Assembly: GCF_009914755.1 (NCBI RefSeq)
Contig: NC_060928.1
Strand: one strand, 5' to 3'
Length of the DNA: 64,000 nt
Source: the human T2T-CHM13v2.0 reference genome, Homo sapiens
Shown in pieces: positions 1-13,462 of this stretch. The notes beneath the pieces are model-generated. The model saw only the letters and a program-made list of their open reading frames with translations, was not told where the DNA came from and ran no database searches. Position numbers and translations under genes: made by a program. Position 1 is the first letter of the stretch; each line of letters opens with the position of its first letter.

Positions 1-1601
1 ATCCTCAGACCTTTAAAGCTTTCTCCCAATACAGCATTAACTCAGATTCCTGAATCTTGTAATTCAAATTAGATGTAGGTGTTCTGATGCTCCTTAGATA
101 TCATTTTTTGAGCATGATCTCTCTCATCCTATAAATGTGTGAACTAAATTGGTAAGTTGCCTGCTGATTCCTGCTCCAGGGAAAACAAAACATAACACAA
201 AACAATATACAACAATAAGACAGAGGCAGTGTAACCACAATAGCCATTCCCATTCAAAAAGGAAATTCATAGGCACGTAACAGTCACTATTTCATAGAAA
301 CTTTGAAACCCAGTCTGGAAGATGTCACCAATTTCATGATTAGAGCTGAGTTCTGCTCCCTGGAAATGTATGCTCTGACTTTTAGCTCTAGTTCATGGGT
401 TTTGTCCTTTGAATCATTGTTTTGGCCCATGTTTGTGACTACACGGGCCTCCTATGGTTGTTTAGAAGACTAGGTGGCTGTAAGATCTTTTTATTTTGTG
501 CTCTCTGTGGTCCTTTTATTCTAAGTTATTGTTGTTTGTGAGTGACATAGTTATCATAAAAATTTTACAGGTTTCATTAATATTGTTAGGTTATTTGATT
601 GGATAGGCTCTTCTCTCTCGTAAAAAAATGTGTGGGTCTTCTGTAAAATAATGTCTTTAAGATTCTTATAAGCGCTTGATTTTTAAAAGAGATTAACAAA
701 GTAATGTCTTAAAACCTGTTGGCTTTTGACTAGTTGAAAGGTTATGTGTGGCAGCACTTTCACTTTTATATCTAAAACCTTGTCAAAGATGAGGGGAAGG
801 AGGGACTAAGCTTGGACTATTGACTGTAGCAACAATGCATGGCATCCAAGCATAGTCGGGATACCCAGCCTCCTCACATGGTAGATGAGAGCTCCTGGAG
901 AGAGTTAGCAGAGACAGATGTGGATGCTGCCAGTTTGTTCTGTTAAGGCCTTATCCTGGACACTGGCAGAGGATGACTTCATCATATTGGCAAAGTAATC
1001 ATCCAGCCTCCTCGTATTAAATGGAAGGATATTATAAAGGAATCACCGCTCCTGTTTAATCCATCACATGCATTTTGGGGAGAATTAGGTCACAGTAGTA
1101 TATCATGAGAAGAAACCAGAATCACAAATAGAAATTACAATGAAGCAATCTTTAATGTTATGACAAACAGCCTGAACTTTCATTCTAAAAGCAACTGGGA
1201 GGCATCAGAGATATCTTAATGAAGAATTATAAATGTTGATGTAATTAAGAAATTTGGGAATGAAAGAAAAGAGAAATGGAGCAGAATCTTTATGGCAAGA
1301 AAATTTGAATGAAGACTGAAAGTTTTTTGCTTTTGTTTTTGAGAGCATTAAAGGTAGTGAAGGTATATTTATACATTCTTTTAGTCTGTAGGAAAGGAGT
1401 CCATATAAAAGGAGAGACTAATGCAAAAGAAAGAGTAAGGGAATAATTGATGGGAAAAGGTCATGAAATAAAACCACAAGAAATGAGATCCCCACTACAG
1501 GTGTTGCAATTAGTCTGGCAAGGAAGGAGAATTTCTCCTTTCCTGGAGTCCAAAGAATGTGGTGAAAATGGATAAAATATTAATAATTTTGAGTTATAGT
1601 A

Positions 1602-2125
1602 TGTGGTGGGCTGAAATATATGCCTCTCCCTCCAAAGGATATCCTATTTCTAATCCGTGGAACTTGTGAATGTTTCCTTATATGTCAATAATAATGACAA
1701 AGCCAAACCTTGGCAGATGTGATTCAATTAAGGATCTTAAGATGAGGCGATTGTTCTGTATTATCTGGCTGGGCCTTAAAAGGAATTACTTGTATCCTTA
1801 TAAGAAGGAGACCGAGCGATCTTACTACACACAAAGGGGTAGGTGATATGAAAAAAAAAAAAAAAGAAAGAAAAAAAAACCGGACACTTGAAGATTCTGG
1901 CCTTGAAGATTAGAGGGAAGACACAAGGCAAAGAATGTTGACAGCCACCAGAAGATGAAAAAGGCAAGAAAAGGATATTTCCCTAGAGCCTCGGTAGTGA
2001 GTGTGGCCTGCCAACACCTTCATTTTGGTCCTCTGTGCTTCAGTATTGTGGGAGGATACATTTCTGCTGTTTTAAAACATAAATTTGGTGGTACTTTGTT
2101 ACAGCAGCCACAGCAAACTGATACA
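1602..2125 (+). mobile_element. MLT1D-like MaLR solo LTR
   Basis: Starts TGTGGTGGGCTGAA, contains TGGCAGATGTGATTCAATTAAGGATCTTAAGATG and ends TTTGTTACAGCAGCCACAGCAAACTGATACA, as in MLT1C/D. Confidence 0.8.
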
Positions 2126-2260
2126 GAGTGGATGAGAACTCTATAAACCATCACACTTTGGCATTATAGTTTTGGAAATCCCCTAGGTAGAGTCCTGTAT
2201 AGTTCTTATTAAGAAACATACAGATAGAGTCTTCATGTTTAGTCGAGAATGAAGTAATGG

Positions 2261-2635
2261 CACATTAGTTTACTTGGGCTACTATAACTAAATACCACAG
2301 ACTGACTGGCTTAAACAACAGAAATTTATTTCTCACAGTTCTGCAGGTGCAAAAGTCCAAGATTAAGGTGCTGGCTAATTTGGTTTCTGGTGAAGGCTCT
2401 CTTTCTAACTTGCAGATGGCTGCCTTCTCACATGTCCTCATTTAGTAGAGAGAGGGCTTTGTTGTATCTTCCTCTTCTTATAAGGCCACAAGTCCTATTG
2501 AATTAGGGACCCATGCTTATTACCTTATTTAATCTCTATCACCTCCTCATAGGCCTTCTCTCCAAATAACAGTCTTGCCAAGGATTAGGGGTCCAATATA
2601 TGAATTTTGGAAGGAACACAATTTAGTTCCTAGCA
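2261..2635 (-). mobile_element. MLT1A/B-like MaLR solo LTR
   Basis: GGGCTACTATAACTAAATACCACAGACTG...AAACAACAGAAATTTATTTCTCACAGTTCTG is the reverse-strand MLT1 3' end; the element ends TATGAATTTTGGAAGGAACACAATT. Confidence 0.75.
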
Positions 2636-2783
2636 GGCATCCAAGATAAAGCCCTGTTTTGGAATCAGAAAGCACTGGGATTATAAAATGGAAAAATATA
2701 TAATACACATTTTATAGTATTACTGAGAAGATAAAAAAATACGTGTATGTAATTCCAGAAATATATTAGTAAGAATAACTAAA

Positions 2784-3105
2784 CAATTGGCTCTCTCTAT
2801 CCATGGCTTCCACTTCTGTAGATTTAACCAACCATAGATCAGAAATATTAGAAAAAAATTGCATCTGTACTGCACATGTACAAACTTTTTTCTTGTCATC
2901 ATTTCCTAACAATATAATACCTACAGACATAGCATTTACATTGTATTAGTTATTATAAATAATCTAGAGATTATTTAAAGCATACGGAAGAATCTACATA
3001 AACTATATGCAAATGTTATGCAATTTTATGTCAATTCAAATCTATTATTTTTGTATTCGTGGGAGATTCTGGAACATATCCCCCATGAATAATGAGAAAT
3101 AATTG
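2784..3105. mobile_element. MER2 (TcMar-Tigger) non-autonomous DNA transposon
   Basis: AAATTGCATCTGTACTGCACATGTACAAACTTTTTTCTTGTCAT and AGCATTTACATTGTATTAG...AATCTAGAGA match MER2; length about 320 bp. Confidence 0.8.
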
Positions 3106-3174
3106 TATGTGCTTCTGTGTATGTAAGGGTGTGCATGGAAGTGGGGGTGGAGTGCATATAGCCTGTACTCAGTG

Positions 3175-3400
3175 TACAGAAGATCATGGTTGATTTTGGT
3201 CTTTGGAATCAAATTCTATATTTTCAATGTCTAAGAACACTACTTTTTTTAACTTTAGACAAGTTATTTAACTTCTCTATACCTCAGTTTTAGTCTTTGA
3301 GAAATGGTGATAATTACAGAATCTATTTTATGGAATTGTTTTGTTTGATTAATCAGTCTATAACTATAAAACATAAAGTGCCTACAGCCTTGTACAAATA
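3175..3400 (+). mobile_element. MIR SINE, degraded
   Basis: Core ACTTTAGACAAGTTATTTAACTTCTCTATACCTCAGTTT. Confidence 0.6.
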
Positions 3401-4110
3401 TTATCTATGCAATATTCTACTGTAGTTCAACAAAGGCATAAATGTTGGTTAATTTTCATGAAGATTCTCTTTGTCCATTTAATATTTTTTTTTACTTAAG
3501 TGATTTATCATCTCTATATTAATTATATTTGTTTTGGCTCATGCACCAGTTAATAGATCTAGCCCAAGTCTGAGAATATAGTGTTATTATTTATAGGAGC
3601 TGAATAAAGCAATTACTACAGCCAATGTGGAAAGTTAATTAATTAAATAACCACTAGGTATGCTATAAAATGATCTTCATCAAAATGTATATTTATAGCT
3701 TGTGAGTTGAAAGGTCTGAAACCAATGCCAAGTTTAGGTTTTTTTGTGGTTAATTTTTCAAAAACTGGGAGTATTGGAGCATTAAATTCTAAATTACTCA
3801 CTTCACTGAGGATAATTTCTCTTATTTTTATCTTCAATCAAACTCATAATGATTGAAAGATTAGGAAATACTTAAAGAACATGTGGCTTTTCTTATATTT
3901 TCCCCTTAAATACCCAGTTCATTAGAAGATTTCATTTGAAATGAACGTCAACAAATGGCCATATTATGATCATTTTATCAAAACTATTAGCACATAATTT
4001 AAAATATGAATGCTACATCTGGAATGTGTGTCTTTCTTCTTAATGAAAGCAATGAAACTTCAGAGATGTTGAAAGACAGCTATAAGTTTGTTTAAAAAAA
4101 AAAATCTGCA

Positions 4111-4437
<327 letters not shown>

Positions 4438-4704
4438 AAATCTGCAAAAATTTAAGCTAAAGTTTTGATATTTTGCAGCTTACACTGATCAGATTTATTC
4501 TTTTGGGACACTTGGTTTCATTGGAGGAAGAGAATTAAAGTTAGCAACAAACTCAGAGATAATTATATAAATCAAACAGTAAATTTAAACCTCTCATTTT
4601 TGGAAGAGATCAGGAATTACAGAAAAAAGTAATATTAAAAAGAGGTGTGAAAGAAAGTTGGGTTTGAGGTTTTGATAATAACACAGATATAAATAAATGA
4701 ATAG

Positions 4705-7445
4705 AAGAGGGACTTCAGCAAAATGGTGGAATAAAAAGTTTTAGACTTTTTTTCCCACAGAGACCCTTACTACTAAACAATATAAAGTCTAAAAAGCCTT
4801 TATGAAAACTCCAGAAACTTGTTAAGAAGTCACAGTACTTCAGACAAAGTCAAGAACAGCCACACTGCCAAGAAGAGCTGCAATAAAATGTGTAAGAAAA
4901 GCCATTTCATTTCACAAATTGTAGCTTGTTTCCCAAGCCAGCACATGCTAGCCCGATTAGGAGAAAACTCTTAACTAGCAGCTTTTCCTTGGGAGAAAGA
5001 GAGAGAAGAGTGAAATATATGTCCAATGGTTCAGCTTTTGAGGGAACTTTTTAAAAGAGTCTGGTTTCTGTCTTTCCTGACTTGAAGTGCTAACTAGGAA
5101 ACAGTGTACTTTAGATACCTAGGAATGTCTAAGAGCAAAGGAGAGCTAGGAGGGTTGTTGCAGGACCAGAAAACCTGTGGTACTGTAGACAGACACCAGA
5201 GAGAGCATGAGAGTATGGGCTATTTAAAAAGAAGCTGGCTTAGGAGATGGAGTTTGCAGTGAGCTGAGATTGTGCCATTGCACTCCAGCCTGGGCAACAA
5301 CAGTGAGACTCGATTTCAAAAAAAAAAAAAAGAAAGAAAAGAAACTGGCAAACCTTTATCAATGGGAAATTACATGTACAAACAAAAAGAAGATGCATTC
5401 CCAGAAAATGTTTGAGAGGCCTTGAGAATCTGCAGCTGGGCTGATAGATGTAGGTCTTTCCCTGTATAAAGACAGTTCTTAAAGATTGGAAGAAGTGGCT
5501 GCTTTTTCAAATGCACAAATCCCTGAAAAAAATAATAAAGCATATGAAGATATAGAAAAAAAAGTCCAACAAAGGAAAACATAAATCTCCATATGTGACC
5601 CTAAAAATAAAGTTCTATTAATTCCCTGAAAAAGAATTCAAAATAATTGTGTTAGAGAAACTCACTGAGCTACAAAAGAACACAGAAAAATAAATGAAAC
5701 AAGGAAAATGATGCATGAACAAAATGGGAATATCAACAAAGAGATGAAAAGTATAAAATAGAACCAAATAGAAATTCTGGGTTAAAATTTCAATAGCAGG
5801 GTTCAACAGAAGACTTGATCAAACAGAAAAATCAATCAGGGAACTTGAAGACAGGTAATTTGCAATTATTAAATCAGAGAAACAAAGACAAAAAGTAATG
5901 AAGAAAAGTGAAGAAAGACTGGGGGATTTATGGAACACCATCAAGTGGAAAACATATGTACTATGGGAGTCTCAGAATGAGAAGAGAAAAGAAAGGGTCA
6001 GAGAGCTTGTTTGAAAAGGTAAGGGCCGAAAACTTTCAAAATCTCAAGAAGGAAAAAACGTCCAAACTCAGGAAGTTCAAAAGACTCCAGTAGAATGAAC
6101 CCAAAAAGGCACATACCAAGACATATTACAACTGGACTGTCAGAACTCAAAAGCAGAGGATCTTGAAAGATGCAAGATAAAAGCAACTTTTCATATACAA
6201 GGAAGCTGTCATTAGATTATCAGCAGATTTCTCAGCAGAAACATTGTAGAGCAGAAGGAAGTGGATGTTATATTCAAAGTACTGAAAGGAAAAATTACCT
6301 GTCAACTAAGAATACTACAGCAAGCATAACCATTCTTCAAAAATGAAAGAGGAATAAAGACCCAAAAATGAAAGAGGAATGAAAACTTTTCTAAATAAAC
6401 TAAACCTGATAGAGTTCATCAGTGCTAGACTTACATTAGAAGAAATGCCAAAGGAAGTATTTCAAGGTGTAGTGAAAGTGTGCTAGAGAGCAACCCAAAA
6501 GTATTTGAACACAGAAAGCTCGCTGGTAAGTTAAATACATAAACAAATACAGAATCCTCTAATACTATAATTGTGATGCATAAATCACTTTTAATTTGGG
6601 GACAGAATTTAAAAGACAAAAGAATAAAAACTATAACTGTAAAACTAGTTTAATAGACTTCAAATCTAAAAAGATTTAATTTATAATATTGATAATACAA
6701 TATGGGGGAGGCAGGATATAAAGGAATAGAGTTTTTCTATGTAATATAAATTAAGTTGTTATCAGTTTAAAATAGATTGTTATAAGTATTAGATTTTCTA
6801 TAATCTTCATGGTAAACATGAAGAAAATACCTATAGGTGATATATAAAAGAAAATGAGAAAGAAATCACTGCACATTACTACCAAAAATTCAATAATAGG
6901 CAAAAGAAAACAACAAAAGGAAAAAAAGATGGACAAACTACAAGACATACAATAAACAATTAACATAACAATAGTGAGTCCTTCCATATCAGTAATTAGT
7001 TTAAATGTCAATTATACTCCCCAATCAAAAGACACAGTGTCAGTGGCTGAATGAACATAAAAACAAGATACAACTATATGCTTTCTACAAAAGACTAACT
7101 TCGAATATTAAGGAAACACACAGGTTGAACACGAAGGCATTCACCTTAAGGATATTATGCTTCCTGAAATAAACCATTCACAAAAAGACAAATGTTTCAT
7201 GATTCAACTTATATGAGGTATCTAAAGCAGTCAAACTCTTAGAACATAATAGAACAGTGGCTGCTAGGGGTTAAAGGGGAGAGGAAAAAGGAATTTATTA
7301 AATAGGGAGTTTCAGCTTCACAAGATGAAAAAGTTCTAGAGATCTGTTGCACAATAATTTGCATATAGTGAACACTACTGTACACTTAAAACGATTAAGA
7401 TGGTAAATCTTATGTTATATATGTTTTATCATAATAAAAAAAAGA
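4705..7445 (+). mobile_element. Old L1 (L1MB-like): 5'UTR, ORF1, start of ORF2, then 3'UTR; most of ORF2 deleted
   Basis: 5' end GACTTCAGCAAAATGGTGGAATA; ORF1-like CAGCAGATTTCTCAGCAGAAAC; ORF2 start AATGTCAATTATACTCCCCAATCAAAAGACA; L1MB-type 3' end CAAGATGAAAAAGTTCTAGAGATCTG...CACTTAAAACGATTAAGATGGTAAA followed by an A tail. Confidence 0.75.
5240..5336 (+). mobile_element. Severely 5'-truncated Alu inside the L1
   Basis: Only the last ~80 bp of the Alu right arm plus polyA; flanked by AAAAGAAGCTGGC and AAAAGAAACTGGC (TSD, 1 mismatch). Confidence 0.85.
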
Positions 7446-7699
7446 AATCCACCTAGGCTAAGAGGGGTAACACCAAAACCATCTGTCAAGAAACATTTGT
7501 TTAGCACTTCTTTCAGGTGTGAGAGCCTGAGGAGTTACCACGGGATTTTCTTACAGTTGTTTTGAGCTCCCTTGGAGAAATGAACATAACCACATGAAAA
7601 GATAATAATATACATAAGGTAGTAGATAGTAAGTGCCACGTGAACAATTCAGATCGTGAGGACAGACACTGAGTTGCATCTGAGGGTTCCAATCAAGAT

Positions 7700-7910
7700 T
7701 CTGGGCTCAGATGTTAGATTTAGATTTAAATTCTGGTCTTTCTTCTTATCATCTATAAAATATAGGGCAAGTTTATATTAGTCTTATTTTCTAAAAAAAA
7801 AAAAAAAAAGGAGCAACAAAACCTACTTCACAGGATTGTTGTGTGGAGTAAATGAAATGCTTATGTAAAATGTCTAGCATAGAATAAAACTTCAGAATGC
7901 TTAATAGTTC
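7700..7910 (+). mobile_element. MIR SINE, degraded
   Basis: ACCTACTTCACAGGATTGTTGTGTGGAGTAAATGAAATGCTTATGTAAAATGTCTAGCA resembles the MIR 3' core. Confidence 0.6.
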
Positions 7911-8999
7911 AGGACATTCTTATAAATTAAAAAAAAAAGAAGGAAACGAGAGAAAATACCCCATAAGATGGAGTCATTATAAACATTGCAGTTTATTAAT
8001 TGCAGTAAAAGAGGAAAAGCACACAGTTCAGTCTCCTAAGCTACTGGGCCTCCCACTGCCAGAAGGAGATGGAGAAGTTGTCTAAGAAGGAAAACTGGGT
8101 TGCCAGAGCCCCATAGGAAGCCTTAACAGTGCGGGTGGGTTGGAGATTAATACAAAGGAACTGCTTTAACTAACACCACTGCCTTTTGAAATATCCTGAT
8201 AAAAGGAAGACTAAACAAAAGACTTGCAAGCTTCAGAGATCTTATGATGAAGAACAAAGAATGAAAGTGCCAGAAACATATGCCCTTTATTTCCTCAGCA
8301 CTAAAGTTATATTGAAGATATGATTTGTTAAATACATGTGAAATATCATAAAACAAAGTAAGCTTTAGCATTCATTGTGAAGAGTAACAAGTCACTTAGG
8401 CTTAATTCTCCTAAAGGAAGAAAGGAAATAAAACAGTGCATAATGATATCCCACCAAAACTAAGCCCTTAATTTGTCCACTTCTTTGGTTGGAAGATGAA
8501 AAAAAGTAAAGGGGCTGGGAAGGGTGCTTGGTTTTAATACAACACTCTGCTAAATGCAAATGCAAATCATTTCTAAAGAATAAGATTATGGGGGCATGAA
8601 AATCCCAGCTCCTGACTGAAAATGAAAATGCTAATGTCTCCAGCTTTGAAAAATATGACTTCCTTCTCTAATTTCCCACTTCATCCTATAACCAGTGCTC
8701 TTTCTTAATGTGTCATCTTTTCCAAGCAAAAGAAAGCCTAAGAAGTATGTGAGCATGTTTTTGGCTGGAAGAGATTAATATGTGTGGTGATTTATTGAAA
8801 AGCTACATACTGCTTAGTACTTTTCTCTTTTTTATCATATTATTTTTCTAAGTTTATGGTTAAAATTAATGCCCAAGGTTGGTCCTTTCAAGATAAAAGA
8901 ATCAGAAATTCAGTTTTAAGGATTTTGCAATTCCACTTATACAGAGGTTTTATGTTGTGAGTAGCAACTGGTTATCCTTAGAATGTAAATTATATGTGC

Positions 9000-9040
<41 letters not shown>

Positions 9041-9041
9041 G
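9000..9041. repeat. (TA)n(CA)n microsatellite
   Basis: Directly visible. Confidence 0.95.
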
Positions 9042-9441
9042 AGGCTAGTATTCATTCAGTAAAAAATGTTTCCTAATCACCTAGGTGTCACGCACCCACC
9101 TGGGCTTGGCACTTATTATAAGGCATGCAAGTTTCTTGGTCTCACAAATTCTATATTCTGAAGACGGAGAAGCAATAAACAAGTAAGTTAATTGAAAAAA
9201 TAGACATTATGATTAATGTTATGCAGGCAATGGCATGTTGTGATGGGAAAATAAGGCACAAGTTTGGGGGTAGCTACTTAAATAAGGTAATTAAAGAACA
9301 CCCTTCAGAAGAACTGATATTTCTAGTGGGACTTGAGGACAGACACCGAGAATCAAGCATGAGAGGAGCTTGGATAAGGCTTCAAGGGAATGTCACAAAT
9401 TGACAAAGGGGCCTCCAGGAAAAGGTATTGTTTGACAAGCT

Positions 9442-9792
9442 TGTGGTAGGCAGAACCCTAAGGTGGCCCACAGCCAAGACTTCCTGTTGCCCATCTATTC
9501 CTGGGTACTGCTGGAAAGGGATTTTTCAGATTTAATGAAAGTTCCCAGTCATTTCAACTTAAAATGCAGAAATCATCTGGGTGGACCTGACATCATCTGT
9601 TGAGTCCTTTAAAGGCAGAGTTTTCTGTGGCTAGTGGGAGAAGTCAGAGGGGTGAGTTTTGCTGGCCTTGAGGAAGAAAGCAAACAGGCAACTTCTGAAC
9701 TGTTGGTAAACAGGGAAAGGCCTCTGAAAGCTGAGAATGACTCCTTGCCCATGATGAAGATGAAAATAAGGAGGAAAACTGGTCCTACTACC

Positions 9793-9830
<38 letters not shown>

Positions 9831-10064
9831 CCACACAGATCAATTCTTCCAACAACCAGTGAGCTTGGAAAATGACCAATAGCTTCAGATGAGGTTTGCA
9901 CATCTGATAGACACTCTGACTTAAGCCCGTGAGATCTGAACAGAAGATCCAGCTAAACCGTGCCTCGGCTCCTAACACATGGAGAATGTGTAATAGTAAG
10001 TGTATAGTGTTTTAATCCACTAAGTGTGTGGTGATTTGTTACAAGAGTAATAGAAAGACTACTA
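9442..10064 (+). mobile_element. MLT1E/F-like MaLR solo LTR with internal (CA)n
   Basis: Starts TGTGGTAGGCAGAACCCTAAGGTGGCCC and ends CCACTAAGTGTGTGGTGATTTGTTACAAGAGTAATAGAAA. Confidence 0.75.
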
Positions 10065-10738
10065 AAGCTGTAGAGACCTATCAGGAGGCTGCGGTGACTG
10101 GTGCTTCCTGAGCACAGAGGTATAACCTGTACTCAGGAAGTATTGGTTGGGCTACATAACTCTGTTAAGTATTATATGTATGTAACCTAATATTTAAAAC
10201 AATTTTTCATCCCAAACATATCAGGCCTTGTGGTGTGTAATGTCCATTATCAGACATTGAAGATACAAATATGGTAAAAGCATGGTCACTAGGGTGGAAA
10301 CATTTACATTCAAGGACAGCAGAATACACACACACACACACACACAATTTTAATTGGTAGAAATATTGATTAGGAGCCATGTGTGTTCAGAGGAGTAGTG
10401 GGGAAATTCAGTAATGTGTCCTAGAGAAGTAAGATAAGGACTGGGCCTTGAAAAGTGAGTTGAAGTGGTTCAGACAGAAGTTTCTTCTGCCTGATAGAAA
10501 TATAACAGGAAGTACAGAGCACCATCTTTTGAATACCCTCACCAACAACAACAAAAAAGCACAACTATGGTCAAAATATAAGGGCTATCAGTGTGCCAGA
10601 AATAAAAAAGATGGAAGAACACATTAAATGACACGAGAACACATTTAGACTCATGCAGAATGTGAAAATTTTCCAGGACAAATGAGGCTGATAACAACAA
10701 CAACAACAAAAGAATAGGAATAGATTTTGAAGATATAC

Positions 10739-11122
10739 TGAAATGGTTTGGCTGTGACCCTACCCAAAATCTCATCTTGAATTATAATCCCTATAATCTC
10801 CATAATCCCCACATGTCAAGGGCAGGACCAGGTGAAGGTACTGGATCATGGGGGTGGTTTCCCCTATGCTGTTCTCGTGATACTGAGTGAGTCCATGAGA
10901 TATGATGGTTTTATAAGCATCTGGCATCTCCACTACTTGCAGTCACTCTGTCCTGCTGCCCTGTGAAGAAGATGCCTGCTTCTCCTTTGCCTTCCGCCAT
11001 TATTATAAATTTCCTCAGGCCTCCCCAGCCACACAGAACTGTGAGTCAATTAAACCTCTTTCCTTTATAAATTACCCACTCTCGGGTATTTCTTCATAGC
11101 AGTGTGAGAACAAACTAATACA
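10739..11122 (+). mobile_element. THE1C/D solo LTR
   Basis: TG...ATGGTTTGGCTGTG...CAATTAAACCTCTTTCCTTTATAAATTACCCA...CTAATACA; perfect 5-bp TSD TATAC. Confidence 0.9.
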
Positions 11123-11299
11123 TATACATTTCAAAATAGGCCTTGTTGACATCTTAATTCAAAATATCACTGTCCAAAGTTATTTTTAAGGTAATTGTAG
11201 AAAAATTAAAACAGAATAGCTGTTAAATGATACTGAGAGGCCATTTTTAATTTTGATGTGTAAGATGATCTTTAAAATATCATTATCTGTTAAAGACAC

Positions 11300-12085
11300 T
11301 GTTGTAGTTTGTTTGGGCTGCTATAACAAACTACCATAAACTGGGTGGTTTGCAAACAACAGAAATCCATTTCTCTCACAATTCTGAAGATTGGGTGCCA
11401 GCAGATTTGTTTTCTCATGAGGGTCTGCTTCCCTGTTTATGGATAGCCATCTTTTCACCATGTCCTGTGAACCCCGAATATCTGAGACAGGTCTCAGTCA
11501 ATTTAGAAAGTTAATTTTGCCAAAGTTAAAGACACGCACCTGTGACACAGCCTCAGGCGATCCTGAAGACATGTGCCTAAAGTGGTCTGAGCACAGCTTG
11601 ATTTTATACATTTTAGAGAGACAGGAGACATCAGTCAGTATATGTAAAGTGAACATTGTTTTGGTCCAGGAAGGCAGGACAACTCAAAGCAAAGGTGGGA
11701 CAACTCAAAGTGGGGAAGGGGCTTGTGGGTCATAGGTAGATAAGGGAAAAATAGTTGCATTCTTTTGAGTTTCTGATTAGCCTTTCCAAAGGAGGAAAGC
11801 AGATAGGCACTTTTTTTCAGTGAGCAGAGGGATGACTTGGAATAGAATGGGAAAAGTAATGCTGGGAACTTGCCCAGGCAGTTCCCAAATTGACTTTTCC
11901 CTTTAGCTTAGTTTTGGGGCCCCAAGATTTAGATAAATTTGGGGGCTCCAAGATTTGTTTTCCTTTCACAGTCCTCACATGGTAGAAGAGTGAGACCTCC
12001 CAGCTTCCAGAACTGTGAGAAATAGATTTCTGTTGTTATGATCCACCCAGTCTATGGTAGTTTATTTTAGAAGCCCAAAGTAGAA
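11300..12085. mobile_element. MLT1A-like LTR 3' ends in inverted orientation, interrupted by MER4A1
   Basis: Minus-strand MLT1A 3' part at 11300-11465 and 11971-11995; plus-strand MLT1A 3' end at about 11996-12085. Confidence 0.7.
11466..11970 (-). mobile_element. MER4A1-like ERV1 solo LTR
   Basis: Reverse strand starts TGTGAAAGGAAAACAAATCTTGG; plus strand has ATCTGAGACAGGTCTCAGTCAATTTAGAAAG; perfect 4-bp TSD GTCC. Confidence 0.85.
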
Positions 12086-12623
12086 GAGTGTCAGATAACA
12101 GTTTAAAGATTGTCTTATCATCAATTTTGGTGAATCTTTAATAGTCAAAAAGCTTCCACTAGTATACAATCTATATTTTGATTATTAGACTATTAATATT
12201 AGTATTATTTTGTGATTTACCTATCCACAGATTTTTATTTTTATGTATTGCATAAAAATTAACACTGGATAATTTTTGTGACCTTAAGCATGCTACGTTA
12301 GGTCTATTCCTCAGCTTCCTCCTCTATAATATGTGAATACTATTATCTGTCCCACTGTATCAGTGTGAAGAACAAGCAAATTAATGGTGTTAAATCCTTA
12401 ATGTGATTCTTACTACATAAACTGTCAACAAATCTTAGCTATTATTATATATTCTATTGTAAATAATAGAAAACATGTGTGCATCTTCAATTACATACAG
12501 TTATGTTTTGAATGACTGTCTTCTCTGCTGGATAGAAAATTCTTGGAGAAATGTTCATATTGTTTAAGTAATTTTAGAATCTCCTGGACTAGCACAGCCA
12601 CTGGCACGAAAGAAACTCAAAAA

Positions 12624-13462
12624 TGACACAGGAATCGTCTCTCGGCCCCTTTCACCAGTGTGCCGCCGGGGTGTGCCATCTTCTCGGCCCAACGTGCTCA
12701 GCCCCTGTGGGAAGGAGCATGTGAGCTAGCGAGTGCAGGATCCTTCCAGCCACTCTAGGTACCAACACAGGAACAATCTCCATGTGGGGCCCGTGGCCAG
12801 ACCAGGCATATCACCTTGAGGGGAACACGACGGCACCCAGGCAAGTGTGCCCGTGACCTCAAAGCCCTAGGCGGGTATTAATGAGCCAATTACCCCTTTT
12901 AGTTATGCCTTCCACAGCCTGATGGACTGCGGCATGTTCGCAGCTCAGTCAGCCCCTGGCTGCTTTCCTGGTGAGGGCAAAAGGCCAGTGTGACTGCCAT
13001 TCTCGGTACCTGCACTCAGTGAGTTGTAAGCTTTTGTCCAGTGTCCAAGAAGAATGAGAATATGCTGACAATCAAAGAGTGAGCAAGGTGGGGAGTTTTA
13101 TTGAGTGACAGAACAGGTTTCCTCAGAGAGGGGACACAGGAGGATCTCCTACTAAAGGCGGGAAAGTCCTCCCCAATGTGGCTGATTGCAGGGCTTTTAT
13201 GGGCTCACAGTTGGGGAGGAGCAGGCTGTAGGTAGTACTGGAAAAGGCAACATTCAATTGGTTAAAAGGTATTATTCAGAAAGAATCAATTGGGAAAGGG
13301 CAGGCAAACAGGAACGGAAGTTTTCACTCTGAGTAGCTGGTTTGACCTGGGACCAGCAGTCCAGTCTTTCAGACTTCAGGCTGTTTTTTGGCTTGAAGGT
13401 GGAGTTTCACCAGAGACCCTCTCCCATCTGCCTAGGCATTTGACTGCCTCCTGTCACTATCA
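12624..13462 (-). mobile_element. ERV1 solo LTR (LTR1/LTR27/LTR28 group)
   Basis: Reverse strand starts TGATAGTGACAGGAGGCAGTCAAATGCCTAGGCAGA, has a TATA-like CATAAAA and an AATAAA, and ends TGTCA; GC-rich against the AT-rich background. Confidence 0.75.

Noticed and set aside
8554-8567. Overlapping ATGCAAAT octamers
   Set aside because: Short motifs are expected by chance in AT-rich DNA; no adjacent SOX half-site or other support seen.
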